Source: a virus (lineage: Duplodnaviria; Caudoviricetes). From it: DNA of 30,085 bases. Position 1 is the first letter of the stretch; every line of letters begins with the position of its first letter. Where the stretch lies: positions 1-30,085 of IMG/VR virus record IMGVR_UViG_3300005764_000058. One strand, written 5' to 3'. Both the position numbers and the translations under genes were made by a program. Below are positions 6,806 through 15,973 of this stretch, piece after piece. Under the pieces are notes generated by a model. The model was not told the origin of the DNA, did no database searches, and worked only from the letters and a program-made list of their open reading frames with translations.

Positions 6806-7377
6806 GGAAGATCGCTAAAATCGCGGCAGCGGCGGTGCTGTTGGCGTGCTTCGGGCAGGGTGCGCACGCGCTGCCGTTTATCGCCGCGGGCTCGACGCTA
6901 TCGTTGAACGGGAATGATTCGTTCGATGCAACCTCGGTCAATTTTCTTGGGTTGGCGGACAATCTGGGGGCGGATTCGGGGGATTTCTCGATCCTGCCGA
7001 CGTGCCTGGGTTGCGTGACGATGTTCGATTTCACATCGGCCTCTACCAGCTTTCTGGTGTACTCGTTCAGCGAGGCGGGGATCTCGACCGACTTGACCTT
7101 GGACGCGGTATCGTTTGCGTTCACCCCCGGCCCGCCGTTTGACACCTTGACGGTGACCGGGACCGGGACGGCGGATCTGACCGGGTTTGCCCCGACCCCT
7201 GGTGAGTTCTCGCTGACGACGCAGGGCAACTCGGGCCGCGGGGTCTTTACCTTTTCCTCGACCACCGGGGCGTTGCCGGTGAGCGAGCCCGGGACGCTGG
7301 CCTATCTCGGGCTGGCGCTGTTGGCGCTGTGGGGCCTGCGTCGGCGGCATTCCGGGCGCATGGAGGCCGCGATCTAG
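6802..7377 (+). CDS. Secreted PEP-CTERM-type surface protein
   Basis: Signal peptide ending AHA, Ser/Thr/Gly-rich body, and C-terminal VSEPGTLAYLGLALLALWGLRRR (PEP variant + TM helix + basic cluster). Confidence 0.88.
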   Translation: MRKIAKIAAAAVLLACFGQGAHALPFIAAGSTLSLNGNDSFDATSVNFLGLADNLGADSGDFSILPTCLGCVTMFDFTSASTSFLVYSFSEAGISTDLTLDAVSFAFTPGPPFDTLTVTGTGTADLTGFAPTPGEFSLTTQGNSGRGVFTFSSTTGALPVSEPGTLAYLGLALLALWGLRRRHSGRMEAAI

Positions 7378-7381
7378 GTGC

Positions 7382-9343
7382 ATGGCTGACCGCGAGGCGC
7401 TTCTCGCCAGGCTGCGCGAGGATCGTTTCGCGGCGCACGAGGAACTATTTCGGCACCGGCACGAGGACCCGCCGGCACTGTGGCACTACGAGCTGTCCGA
7501 GTGTTTTTGGTCGGACGAGCCGCGCATCGTGATCCTCGGGTTCCGCGGCGGGGCTAAGAGTACCTTTGCCGAAGAGCATGTCGTCGTCGCCGGGCTCGAA
7601 GGGGCGTTTCGCTGCTGCGTCTTTATCGGACCATCGGAGACGCGGGCGGCGGAACGGTTGGGTGCGGTAGCGGCCGAGTTGCGGTTGAATGATCTGGTGC
7701 TCGAGCTCTGGCCCGATCCGCTCGATGCCGGCGGGCCGCAGACGCAGACCAAGCTAACGTTAAAGAACGGCGCGACGATCCTGGCGCTGGGCCGCGGGCA
7801 GGATATCCGGGGCCTAAAACAAGTCTCGGCGCGGCCGGATCTGATCATCGTCGATGACTTCGAGGACGCCGAGAACGTGCTGACGCCGGACGGCCGGCGC
7901 GGGATGCTGCGGTGGTTTCTGCGCGAGCTGCGGCTGGCCTGTCACCCTCGCGCACGTATGCGCGTGCTCGCGACAATAATGCACGCCGACTGCGTGCCGC
8001 TGCAACTGGTGCGGGCGGGATGGCCGGTGCGGTATTTTCCGGTTGCTTATGTCGATGCTGCTGGGATCGAGGCGCCGAGCTGGCCGGCGCGCTTTCCGAT
8101 GTCGTGGATCGAAGCCGAGCGCACCGAGTATCAGCGGCACGGTGAGGCCGACATCTGGGAAATGGAGATGATGTGCAATGCGGCTGACGATACCAGTCGA
8201 GATTTCCGACCAGAATACTTCCGGGTCGAACGACGGGTTCGGACCTATGAACCTGTCTATTGCATGTTTGACCCCGCGCGAACGGTAAGAAATACTTCAT
8301 CTGCTACGGGAATCGTTGTGTTCTCTTGGGTCGGAAATAACCTTGTCGTCTGGGAAGATCGTACAGGTTTCTATCGGCCTTCCGAATTAATCGAGGTCAT
8401 GTTCGATCTGGAGGACCGCTACCACCCGGTTGCGATCGGGTTTGAGGAAGTCGGGCTGGAGGAATGGGCGCGTGAGCCGATCAGAGCCGAAGCCGCCAAG
8501 CGTGGGGTTTTCCTGCCACTGCAACCCTTGCGGGCACCTCGCGACAAGCTCGCATTTATCCGGGGTCTTGAGCCGCATGCACGAGGCGGGGATATCGTGT
8601 TCGCAACTGAATTGCCCGATTTGGCCGGCGCTTTTGTCGGTTTTCCTCGAGGTCGGATTGACGGCCCCAATGCGCTCGCCTACGCCCTGATCCTGCGACC
8701 CGGCATCCCGGTCTACGAGGATTTCCTGCCCGCCGTCCATGTCGCCGAGCGCATCTTTTGGCCGCGGGGCGAGCCGCTTTATCTGGCTTTGAACGCCACC
8801 GGGGCGTGGACAACCGGGGCGCTGGTGGGGCATGCCAATGGACGAACCGTTATCATTCGGGACTGGATACGAGAAGGCGATCCTGGCTGGGGCGCGGCTG
8901 AGATTGTCCGCGAGGCGGGACTTGCTGCTGGGGCTCGAATTTCGGTTTGCCTGCCCCCGTCCCACTTTGACCAGTGGCATAACATCGGCCTTGTTCAAGC
9001 TGTTGCGGCAATTCCAGCGGAGGTTAGGCAAGGCGCCGCCGAGACCCGCGGCCGAGATTTTCTGCGACGGCAACTGGCTCACTTTTCGCGTGATGTTGCC
9101 GCCCTCAGAGTTGCCGCGGAGGCTCGATGGACGCTCGCGGCGCTGGCTTCTGGCTATGCGCGCAAGCCCGGCAAACCCGAGCCCGAGCCCGGTTTCTACC
9201 GGACCCTGATGGAGGGGATCGAATCGACCCTCGGGTTGTGCGCGACCGGCGTCTTCGACGAGAATGCAACGTGGTCGTTTACCCGAGAGGGACGACGCTA
9301 CCGGCAGTATGCCTCGGCTTTTGAGGACCGCAGGGTGCATTGA
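7382..9343 (+). CDS. terL: Terminase large subunit with a C-terminal extension
   Basis: Walker A GFRGGAKST, GQDIRG, Walker B LIIVDDFE and nuclease MFDPA; located before the portal. Confidence 0.93.
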   Translation: MADREALLARLREDRFAAHEELFRHRHEDPPALWHYELSECFWSDEPRIVILGFRGGAKSTFAEEHVVVAGLEGAFRCCVFIGPSETRAAERLGAVAAELRLNDLVLELWPDPLDAGGPQTQTKLTLKNGATILALGRGQDIRGLKQVSARPDLIIVDDFEDAENVLTPDGRRGMLRWFLRELRLACHPRARMRVLATIMHADCVPLQLVRAGWPVRYFPVAYVDAAGIEAPSWPARFPMSWIEAERTEYQRHGEADIWEMEMMCNAADDTSRDFRPEYFRVERRVRTYEPVYCMFDPARTVRNTSSATGIVVFSWVGNNLVVWEDRTGFYRPSELIEVMFDLEDRYHPVAIGFEEVGLEEWAREPIRAEAAKRGVFLPLQPLRAPRDKLAFIRGLEPHARGGDIVFATELPDLAGAFVGFPRGRIDGPNALAYALILRPGIPVYEDFLPAVHVAERIFWPRGEPLYLALNATGAWTTGALVGHANGRTVIIRDWIREGDPGWGAAEIVREAGLAAGARISVCLPPSHFDQWHNIGLVQAVAAIPAEVRQGAAETRGRDFLRRQLAHFSRDVAALRVAAEARWTLAALASGYARKPGKPEPEPGFYRTLMEGIESTLGLCATGVFDENATWSFTREGRRYRQYASAFEDRRVH

Positions 9344-9480
9344 TGGAAGGCTTCATTTTATCCACTTATGCAGACGCCATATTCTACGGACTAACCTGCG
9401 TGGGAATTATACTAGCGTTAGGCTCTATTATCGATTGGATAATCTGCGAGTTCCAGAATAAGGGAGAACGAGAAACCTGA
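9343..9480 (+). CDS. Small AT-rich single-TM protein, 45 aa
   Basis: Hand translation MEGFILSTYADAIFYGLTCVGIILALGSIIDWIICEFQNKGERET; TGATG overlaps at both ends exactly fill the terL-portal gap. Confidence 0.7.
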   Translation: MEGFILSTYADAIFYGLTCVGIILALGSIIDWIICEFQNKGERET

Positions 9481-11621
9481 TGGCTTTCCCCAAACGCTCA
9501 GCTGAGCTCGTCAAACTGCCCTATATCCGGGAGCAGTTGACTGATGTTTACCGGGCGGTCGAACGCGGATTTATGGCGCAGATGGACCGCTCCAATGATC
9601 TTCAAGACTACTGGAAGATATGGAATTGCGAGCGGAGTACAAATCAATTCTACTCAGGTAATACTAAAGTATATGTCCCGCTGGTGCGAAATGCCGTCAA
9701 AGCCCTGCGCCGCCGCTGGCTGAACCAGGCATTCCCCGACAGCGGCCGGCACGTCGCGGTCATCTCGCACGATGACATCTCGCCCGATGCCGAAGTGGCG
9801 TTGCTCGAGCACTATATCCGGCGCGCCGATCTCCGCTCGCTGATCATGCCGGGGTTGATGGTGGCCGGCATCGTCGAGGGGCAGGCGAGCCTCTTGGTGA
9901 CGTGGCAGAGCCGCAAGCGCAGCGTCGTCGAGCGCATCCCGCAGCCGATTCGCCTGATGGGAATGGACATGCCGCCGGAAGTAGCCGAGCCGGTGATGTC
10001 ATTGAAAGCCAGTGAGATCGAGGACGCCGGACCCGATGTCGAAGTGGTGCTCGACGCCGATCTGCTGGTGCTGCCGACCACCGCCGACAAGCTCTCCGAA
10101 GCGCTCGACCTCGGTGGCTCGGTGACGGTGCTGCGGCGTTGGGACGAAGCCAAGATCGAATGGCTGATCGAGGAAGGCGAGATCGACGCCGACAGCGGCG
10201 AGGAATTGCTCGGGGCGATGCGGAAGGATACCGCCACCGATCAGGAACGGTTAAACCTCGACACCGCTGGCATCAAAGGGAAGAACGACTTTGCGCTTGT
10301 ATATCGCACTTGGACGAAACTGGAAGTCGGAACAGGCAAGGATAGGGTGGAGCGCCTTTGCCTGGTGTACTTTGCTGGTGAGCATCGAATGCTATCTTGT
10401 CGGCTTTGCCCTTATTGGTGCGATAAGCCTGACGTTATCTCTGTGCCTTTGGATAAACTCCCTGGTAACTTTAAGGGTCTATCGCAGATCAAACCCGGCG
10501 TCGCCGAGATGCAATACGTCGCCAACGATCTGATGTGCGAAGGGCTCGACAACGCCACTTTCACGATGCTGCCGCCGGTCAGGTACGACCCCGACAAGGT
10601 GCCGAACGTCGATGCGTTGATCATGGATCTGAAGGCGTTGTGGCCGGCGCCGGCCGGCGCGATCGAGACCATCCAGTTCCCCGATCTGTTGCCGAAAGCG
10701 TTCGAGGCGGTGCTCGGCGCCGAGCGCATGATCAATCTGGCGATGGGGGTGACGCCCTCCGAGATGGCGCAACTGCCGACCAACCGGAAGATGAACCAGG
10801 CCGAGGTCGCGCAGGTGCAGCGCATCGAACTGCTGATGACCGACACCGAGGTTCACAACCTCGAATCCGGCATGCTCGACCAGCTCGTTACGCGTTTTGC
10901 CGAGTACGACGCGCAATTTCGCGACCGCGAGAAGACGGTGCGGGCGTTTGGCGAGCTCGGTTTGAAAGTCGAGATGGTCACGGTGCCGCCGATCCAGATG
11001 GGACGGCGGTGGGAATATGTCTGGTGGGGCGTCCAAGCCTCGCGCTCGGCGCAGCAGATCCAGCAGCAGATCGCCGCCGTCAACGTCATCGCGCCGATGG
11101 CGCAGCACCCATCGGTGATGGAAGCCGGCAAGCGGCTGAATTTGGTGCCGCTGATCGCGCATGTCGTCGAGGCGGCGTTCTCGCCGCGGCTGGCGCCGAA
11201 GATTTTCCAGGACATCGGCGATCAGGTCTCGCTCGATCCCGAGATGGAAAATCAGATGATGGCGATGGGTCTGCAACCCGAAGTCTCGCCGTTTGACAAC
11301 GACCCGCAGCATATGCAGGTCCACCAACAGTTGCTCGCCGCAACGCCGCCCGGCACGCCGGCCTACAACATCGCCTTTCGGCATCAGCAGTTGCACGCGA
11401 TCGCGATGGGCATGAAGGCGCAAGCGCAGATGCAGGCGGCGATGGGGGCACAGATGCAGCAGCCGGGCGGTCAGCCTCGGCGGGGTGGGCGCGGTCCAAC
11501 GCCTTCCCTGCCCGGAGCGCAGCCGCAGCAACCTCGTCCCTTGCGCGGCCCGCCCGGCGCGCTGCACCCCGACCAGATGCCAAAGGCCGGCGGGGTCATT
11601 CCAATGCCGCGGAGAATGTGA
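9480..11621 (+). CDS. Portal protein (P22-like, podoviral size)
   Basis: 713 aa after terL, helical, with DNDPQHMQVH and a Gln/Pro/Met-rich C-terminus typical of long podoviral portals. Confidence 0.88.
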   Translation: MAFPKRSAELVKLPYIREQLTDVYRAVERGFMAQMDRSNDLQDYWKIWNCERSTNQFYSGNTKVYVPLVRNAVKALRRRWLNQAFPDSGRHVAVISHDDISPDAEVALLEHYIRRADLRSLIMPGLMVAGIVEGQASLLVTWQSRKRSVVERIPQPIRLMGMDMPPEVAEPVMSLKASEIEDAGPDVEVVLDADLLVLPTTADKLSEALDLGGSVTVLRRWDEAKIEWLIEEGEIDADSGEELLGAMRKDTATDQERLNLDTAGIKGKNDFALVYRTWTKLEVGTGKDRVERLCLVYFAGEHRMLSCRLCPYWCDKPDVISVPLDKLPGNFKGLSQIKPGVAEMQYVANDLMCEGLDNATFTMLPPVRYDPDKVPNVDALIMDLKALWPAPAGAIETIQFPDLLPKAFEAVLGAERMINLAMGVTPSEMAQLPTNRKMNQAEVAQVQRIELLMTDTEVHNLESGMLDQLVTRFAEYDAQFRDREKTVRAFGELGLKVEMVTVPPIQMGRRWEYVWWGVQASRSAQQIQQQIAAVNVIAPMAQHPSVMEAGKRLNLVPLIAHVVEAAFSPRLAPKIFQDIGDQVSLDPEMENQMMAMGLQPEVSPFDNDPQHMQVHQQLLAATPPGTPAYNIAFRHQQLHAIAMGMKAQAQMQAAMGAQMQQPGGQPRRGGRGPTPSLPGAQPQQPRPLRGPPGALHPDQMPKAGGVIPMPRRM

Positions 11622-11797
11622 TGCTGATCGAAATTTTGTGGATCGTCTTTTTTGTGCTGGGGCTGGTGTTCTTTTACCCGCCGGCCGCCGCGACGGCACC
11701 CTGGCCGTGGGCGCCGCATCTTTATTATATGCTGATGTTCGGGTTGACCGGGCTAGTGCTGTTCGATGGGCTCAGCCGCCTTGCGCCGCTGCGGTGA
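11621..11797 (+). CDS. Small two-TM membrane protein, 58 aa
   Basis: Hand translation MLIEILWIVFFVLGLVFFYPPAAATAPWPWAPHLYYMLMFGLTGLVLFDGLSRLAPLR; TGATG coupling. Confidence 0.7.
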   Translation: MLIEILWIVFFVLGLVFFYPPAAATAPWPWAPHLYYMLMFGLTGLVLFDGLSRLAPLR

Positions 11798-11843
11798 GGA
11801 CCTGATATTAAGGTCTCGGAAGTATCGGAACTCCCCTAGCCTT

Positions 11844-11870
11844 GCCCCGGCCTGCCGGGGCTTTTCTTTT
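11844..11870 (+). terminator. Rho-independent terminator
   Basis: GCCCCGG-CCTG-CCGGGGC followed by TTTTCTTTT. Confidence 0.85.
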
Positions 11871-11879
11871 GCAACTCTC

Positions 11880-11910
11880 TTGACAAATCAGAATCACAAG
11901 ATGTAGCGGA
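11880..11910 (+). promoter_or_regulatory. Putative promoter for the scaffold/capsid genes
   Basis: TTGACA at 11880-11885 directly after the terminator; the -10 element is poor. Confidence 0.4.
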
Positions 11911-11976
11911 TCGACCCATCGGTCGCCCCTGACGTTAGTGGGCATCGGTTCGGCATACGTCAGCCTGGAGTAAAGA

Positions 11977-12786
11977 ATGTCGGAAGACCGCAACGCCGAT
12001 CGCGAATCGGAGTCGCTCGACGATGCCCAGGAAGCATGGGAAGACGACCAAATCGAAGATGCCGATGCCGCATCCGACGCGCCGGAAGGGCGCTCCGATG
12101 CCGGCGATAGCGGACAAGAGCGGGATTCTCCCGAAACCGATAGCGAAAGCGAAGGCGGGGGGCCGGTTGAAGTCCGGCCGCCGCGGCCTGGACGTGTAAA
12201 GCCGACCGCTCGTGAGGAAATCACCAACCTTCGCGCCGAACGCCGCGAGCTCCGCGAACGCCTCGACCGGCTCGAACTCGCCCAACAGCAACCGCGCGGC
12301 CCTTCTCCCGAGCAGATCGCGCAGCAAGAGCGCGCCGAAGAAGCGGCGATGTTCGAACAGGTTGCCATGCTGCAGCCGCACGAGCAGGCCGCCCGCGTCT
12401 CGCAATTCTACGCCCAACGCTCAGAGCGCAAGGTTCAGCAAGCGATCCAGGTTACGCAGGTTCAAGTATGGGACGCCGCCGATCGGCAGTCCTACGAGCG
12501 CGAGCTGGCAGACAATCCTCGCCTACAGCGGTTCGCCGATCAGGTCGAGCAGCTTCACCGGCAGTATCCCGGCGTCTCCCGCATCGACTTGCTCGACAAA
12601 GCGGTCGGCGAGGCAACCCGCCGCAATCTCAAATCGGCGCGGACCCGACAGAGCAACCAGGCCGCCGCTGCGGTGGCGGCCAACGGTGCCCGCCCGCCCG
12701 GTGGGCGCAGCAACGTCGCGGCACCCGCGCGCAACACCGCCGCCGGGCGCCGCGGTTACGAGCACATGCGCAACGTCCTCATCTAA
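11977..12786 (+). CDS. Capsid scaffolding protein (putative)
   Basis: Very acidic N-terminus, coiled-coil middle and basic C-terminus; directly before the MCP; GGAG RBS. Confidence 0.8.
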   Translation: MSEDRNADRESESLDDAQEAWEDDQIEDADAASDAPEGRSDAGDSGQERDSPETDSESEGGGPVEVRPPRPGRVKPTAREEITNLRAERRELRERLDRLELAQQQPRGPSPEQIAQQERAEEAAMFEQVAMLQPHEQAARVSQFYAQRSERKVQQAIQVTQVQVWDAADRQSYERELADNPRLQRFADQVEQLHRQYPGVSRIDLLDKAVGEATRRNLKSARTRQSNQAAAAVAANGARPPGGRSNVAAPARNTAAGRRGYEHMRNVLI

Positions 12787-12817
12787 GGGGGCGTCGCCCC
12801 CGCATCAGGGGGCCTAA

Positions 12818-14170
12818 ATGGCACAAACGACCGCCGGTTCATTACAGGGCGACGTACTTGCTTATCTGGCCGAGGAAGTGCTGCCGATCGCGCAGCGCCG
12901 CCTCGTCATCCACCAGTTTGGCGAGCGCAAGCGCATCCCCAAGGGACGCGGCAACACATGGTCGGCGACGCGCTACCAGCGCTTGCCGCTGCCTTATGCG
13001 CCGATCGCTGAAGGAGTGCCGCCGACCTCGCAGCAATTGACGATCCAGCAGGTGATCGGGACGGCGCAGCAATGGGCGGGGCTGGTTGTCATCACCGATG
13101 TCGCGGAGCTGACGATCTTTCACGACCCGTTTCAGCAAGCCAAGCGCATGCTGGGGTATCAGGTCGGCGAGTGCCTGGAGCGCAACGATTTCCTGGTGTT
13201 GATGGGAACGACCCAGGTCAACTACCCCAATTTGCGAGGCTCGCGCGCTAATCTGGTCGCGGGCGATGTGCTCGATCCCTATACGATCATTCGCACGCAA
13301 GCCGCGCTCGACGATATCGGGGCACCCTACTACGACGCTTCGACCGAGCCGCAGATCCGGGAGAACATTCGCGAAGGCGGCGCCGGGGCTTCGGGCAACC
13401 CGCGTTCGCACGAGCACTATGTCGCGGTCGGCCGCGGTTTGGCGCTCGCCGATCTGCGGCAGAACCCGACGATCGTCAACGCGTGGTCGTACTCCGACAT
13501 CAACCGACTCTATAATAATGAAGTCGGCGAGTGGTCATCGATCCGGTTCTGCCGGACCAATATGTCGCCGAGCTTTTTGGGCGCCGCCAACACCGCTTTC
13601 ACGGTCGGCGCCGCGACCGGCACCGGCTCAGGGTTTGCCGCCGGTACCTACTTTATCATCGTCACCGGCAGCGACTCGCAGAACCAGTATGAGTCCTACA
13701 TTTGCGCGGTTTCGGCCGGCACCGCCGCGACCGCCGGGCAGAATATCCCGGTCACGACGCCAAACGTCGCCGGCTACACCTGGAACATCTATGTCGGTTT
13801 GACCTCTAGCCCGCAAACCTTGGGGCTCTCCCCGTCCGGCCCAACCTCGGGTTCGATGGCGGGGCAGGCGGTGCAAATCCCGTCAAACACTACCGTCAAC
13901 CTAACCGGCATCGGTCTGCCCCAAGTACCGCCCGCCGCGCCCGCGGTCGGCGTCACGGTGCATGTGACATTCGTGTTCGGCCAGGGCGCCTTTGCCGTCG
14001 TCGAGCTCGAAAACATCGAATACAGCTATCTCAATTCCGCCGAGAAGATCGACCCGGTAAACCAGCTTCGCGTCGCCGGCTGGAAAGCGTTTCTCGGGGC
14101 GATGATCTTGAACTCCAATTTCGTCGCGCGTATCGAGAGCGCATCGGCCTTTAGCGCCACCTTCGGGTAA
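12818..14170 (+). CDS. Major capsid protein, N4-gp56-like family, with an inserted Ig-like domain
   Basis: QFGERKRIPKGRG, GEWSSIRF and C-terminal DPVNQLRVAGWK motifs; position after the scaffold. Confidence 0.9.
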   Translation: MAQTTAGSLQGDVLAYLAEEVLPIAQRRLVIHQFGERKRIPKGRGNTWSATRYQRLPLPYAPIAEGVPPTSQQLTIQQVIGTAQQWAGLVVITDVAELTIFHDPFQQAKRMLGYQVGECLERNDFLVLMGTTQVNYPNLRGSRANLVAGDVLDPYTIIRTQAALDDIGAPYYDASTEPQIRENIREGGAGASGNPRSHEHYVAVGRGLALADLRQNPTIVNAWSYSDINRLYNNEVGEWSSIRFCRTNMSPSFLGAANTAFTVGAATGTGSGFAAGTYFIIVTGSDSQNQYESYICAVSAGTAATAGQNIPVTTPNVAGYTWNIYVGLTSSPQTLGLSPSGPTSGSMAGQAVQIPSNTTVNLTGIGLPQVPPAAPAVGVTVHVTFVFGQGAFAVVELENIEYSYLNSAEKIDPVNQLRVAGWKAFLGAMILNSNFVARIESASAFSATFG

Positions 14171-14180
14171 GGAGTCCGGC

Positions 14181-14564
14181 ATGGCCTATTTTCTGCAATA
14201 CGAGCTGACGATCGCGTGGTACCCCGATGGCGCCGGGCCGATGACCCAAGCGTCGGCGCAAAAGCGCGTGTTCCGGCCGCAGCCCGGGCCGGTCGTCAAC
14301 GTCGTCGGCTCTGGCAACATTCTCGGCGGCATCGCCGGCCTGTCGCCGAATGCGACCTCCGATGGCTGGCCGGTGGGGCCAGGGCCGGTCGGCATTCTCG
14401 TGCCGGGCGGATATCCGCTGACGCAAGCCAATTTGAGGCTGGCGCTGCACGGCGTTAACACCGCCCCGGTCGGCGGTGCCTCGGCCTCGCTGTCGGGCGA
14501 TCTCGACGCGCAACTGGCGACTGCGCTGCCGATCCTGCAAGCCTGGACTTCCGGAGGCGGCTGA
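14181..14564 (+). CDS. Putative virion protein, 127 aa
   Basis: AAGGAG RBS; directly follows the MCP. Confidence 0.75.
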   Translation: MAYFLQYELTIAWYPDGAGPMTQASAQKRVFRPQPGPVVNVVGSGNILGGIAGLSPNATSDGWPVGPGPVGILVPGGYPLTQANLRLALHGVNTAPVGGASASLSGDLDAQLATALPILQAWTSGGG

Positions 14565-14731
14565 TGGCTGAAAGTTCTCGCGATACCCGACCGAGCGATG
14601 AAGCGAGGGCCAAGCGACTTTATGAGGCTTGGCTTGCCGCGGCGGCACCGGCCGCCTCGCATCCGTGGGAGGGTCTTTCGGATGACGACAAGGCGGTGTG
14701 GCAGAAGGTCGTAGAAGCGATAAGGTCTTAG
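14564..14731 (+). CDS. Hypothetical protein, 55 aa
   Basis: Hand translation MAESSRDTRPSDEARAKRLYEAW...WEGLSDDDKAVWQKVVEAIRS; TGATG coupling, fills the gap. Confidence 0.7.
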   Translation: MAESSRDTRPSDEARAKRLYEAWLAAAAPAASHPWEGLSDDDKAVWQKVVEAIRS

Positions 14732-14732
14732 G

Positions 14733-15299
14733 ATGGCGCTGCACACTTTTGGCACCAATGCCAACAATTTGCTGATCGCGCTCAAATATTTTCCCGGCGC
14801 GGCGACCCTCGACACCGACATCGGCAACCTCGAGAACTCGCTCGCTTCCGATGTGTGGACGGCGCAGAAAGGGACGCCGGGGGCGCCGCAGGTTCCCGAT
14901 TCGCCGGGGCCTACCGGGACGATCGCGACCGGGACCACCGCTGGCACCGTGACGGTCACCGCAGTTACGTTCGTTGCGGGTGCGCCGCTGGCGACGATCA
15001 CGCCGGGCGATGTCGTGCTCGGGGCCGGGATTCCCTCGACAACCTATGTCGTCACGTTTTCCGGCACGACGATGGTGATGAGCGCCGCTGCGACAACCTC
15101 GCTAACCGGGCAATACCTGCTTGTTCTGCCGCAGGACAACACCGCTTGGTTCAAGCGGGATGGAAGGCTCTTTGTGCCAAATAGGGGCGTCCTGAAGATC
15201 CGGCCCGGCGATGTGATCGCTCGCGATAACACCGGCTGGCCGATCCTGGTTTCCGGCGCATCGGCCAACTACCCTGGCTCGCAATGGACATTCACATGA
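14733..15299 (+). CDS. Putative virion structural/decoration protein with an inserted beta module
   Basis: Thr/Gly-rich; contains the GDVVLGAGIPSTTYV...MSAAAT module that recurs in the adaptor and nozzle. Confidence 0.75.
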   Translation: MALHTFGTNANNLLIALKYFPGAATLDTDIGNLENSLASDVWTAQKGTPGAPQVPDSPGPTGTIATGTTAGTVTVTAVTFVAGAPLATITPGDVVLGAGIPSTTYVVTFSGTTMVMSAAATTSLTGQYLLVLPQDNTAWFKRDGRLFVPNRGVLKIRPGDVIARDNTGWPILVSGASANYPGSQWTFT

Positions 15300-15973
15300 G
15301 AACGAAAAGAGCAAAGCGCGTTCTGACCGACGAGCAGCGGCTCGCGCTGCGCGAGAGGCTGGCGCGAGGCCGCGCGACCGCGGCAGCCAACCGTTCGGCA
15401 AAACCGGAAGTCGAAGCCATGCCCGCGTCCGCGCCAGTTGGCAAATACGGGCTGCCGCCCGACGTCGTCGCGCGCATTCGCCGCGAGCAACAGGAGAAGA
15501 TCGCCGCTGAGTTGCGCCAGATTGAGAAGTCTCGACAGCGCGACGGCGAAACCGCCTTTGCCGCTGAGGAATTGCAGCGGTTGCGCCGCGAGGCGGGCCT
15601 AACCGATCATCTCGACGATCTGATCGAGCACACGATCAACGTGGCGCCGTTCGCCGATGGCATTACGATCGACGGGGTGAAGTATCACCAAGGGTACACC
15701 TACACTTTCACTCGCCGGCAATATCAGGATATCGCCGAGACCGAAGCGCGCGGCTGGGATAGCGAAGATCGGGCGGGTAATCCGAACAAGAAGCAATACC
15801 GCCGCGACTATGCGGCCCGTGGCGGCCGAACGATGAACCCCAATGCGTTGGTGCGGCAGGATGCCTCCGGCGCCTTTTTGCACGGCGTTGCCGGCGTCAA
15901 TGGCAAGACCGGGGCGACAGTCGGGGCGCCCAGCGATGATCCGGTCGATGCGGTGGTGCGGGCGCTCAGATGA
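15296..15973 (+). CDS. Hypothetical phage protein, 225 aa
   Basis: ATGA coupling at both ends; basic helical N-terminus. Confidence 0.8.
   Translation: MRTKRAKRVLTDEQRLALRERLARGRATAAANRSAKPEVEAMPASAPVGKYGLPPDVVARIRREQQEKIAAELRQIEKSRQRDGETAFAAEELQRLRREAGLTDHLDDLIEHTINVAPFADGITIDGVKYHQGYTYTFTRRQYQDIAETEARGWDSEDRAGNPNKKQYRRDYAARGGRTMNPNALVRQDASGAFLHGVAGVNGKTGATVGAPSDDPVDAVVRALR

Noticed and set aside
8387-11699. Long antisense ORFs (8387-9340, 10479-11699 and similar ones opposite other structural genes)
   Set aside because: Shadow frames of GC-rich coding sequence with biased composition and no motifs.
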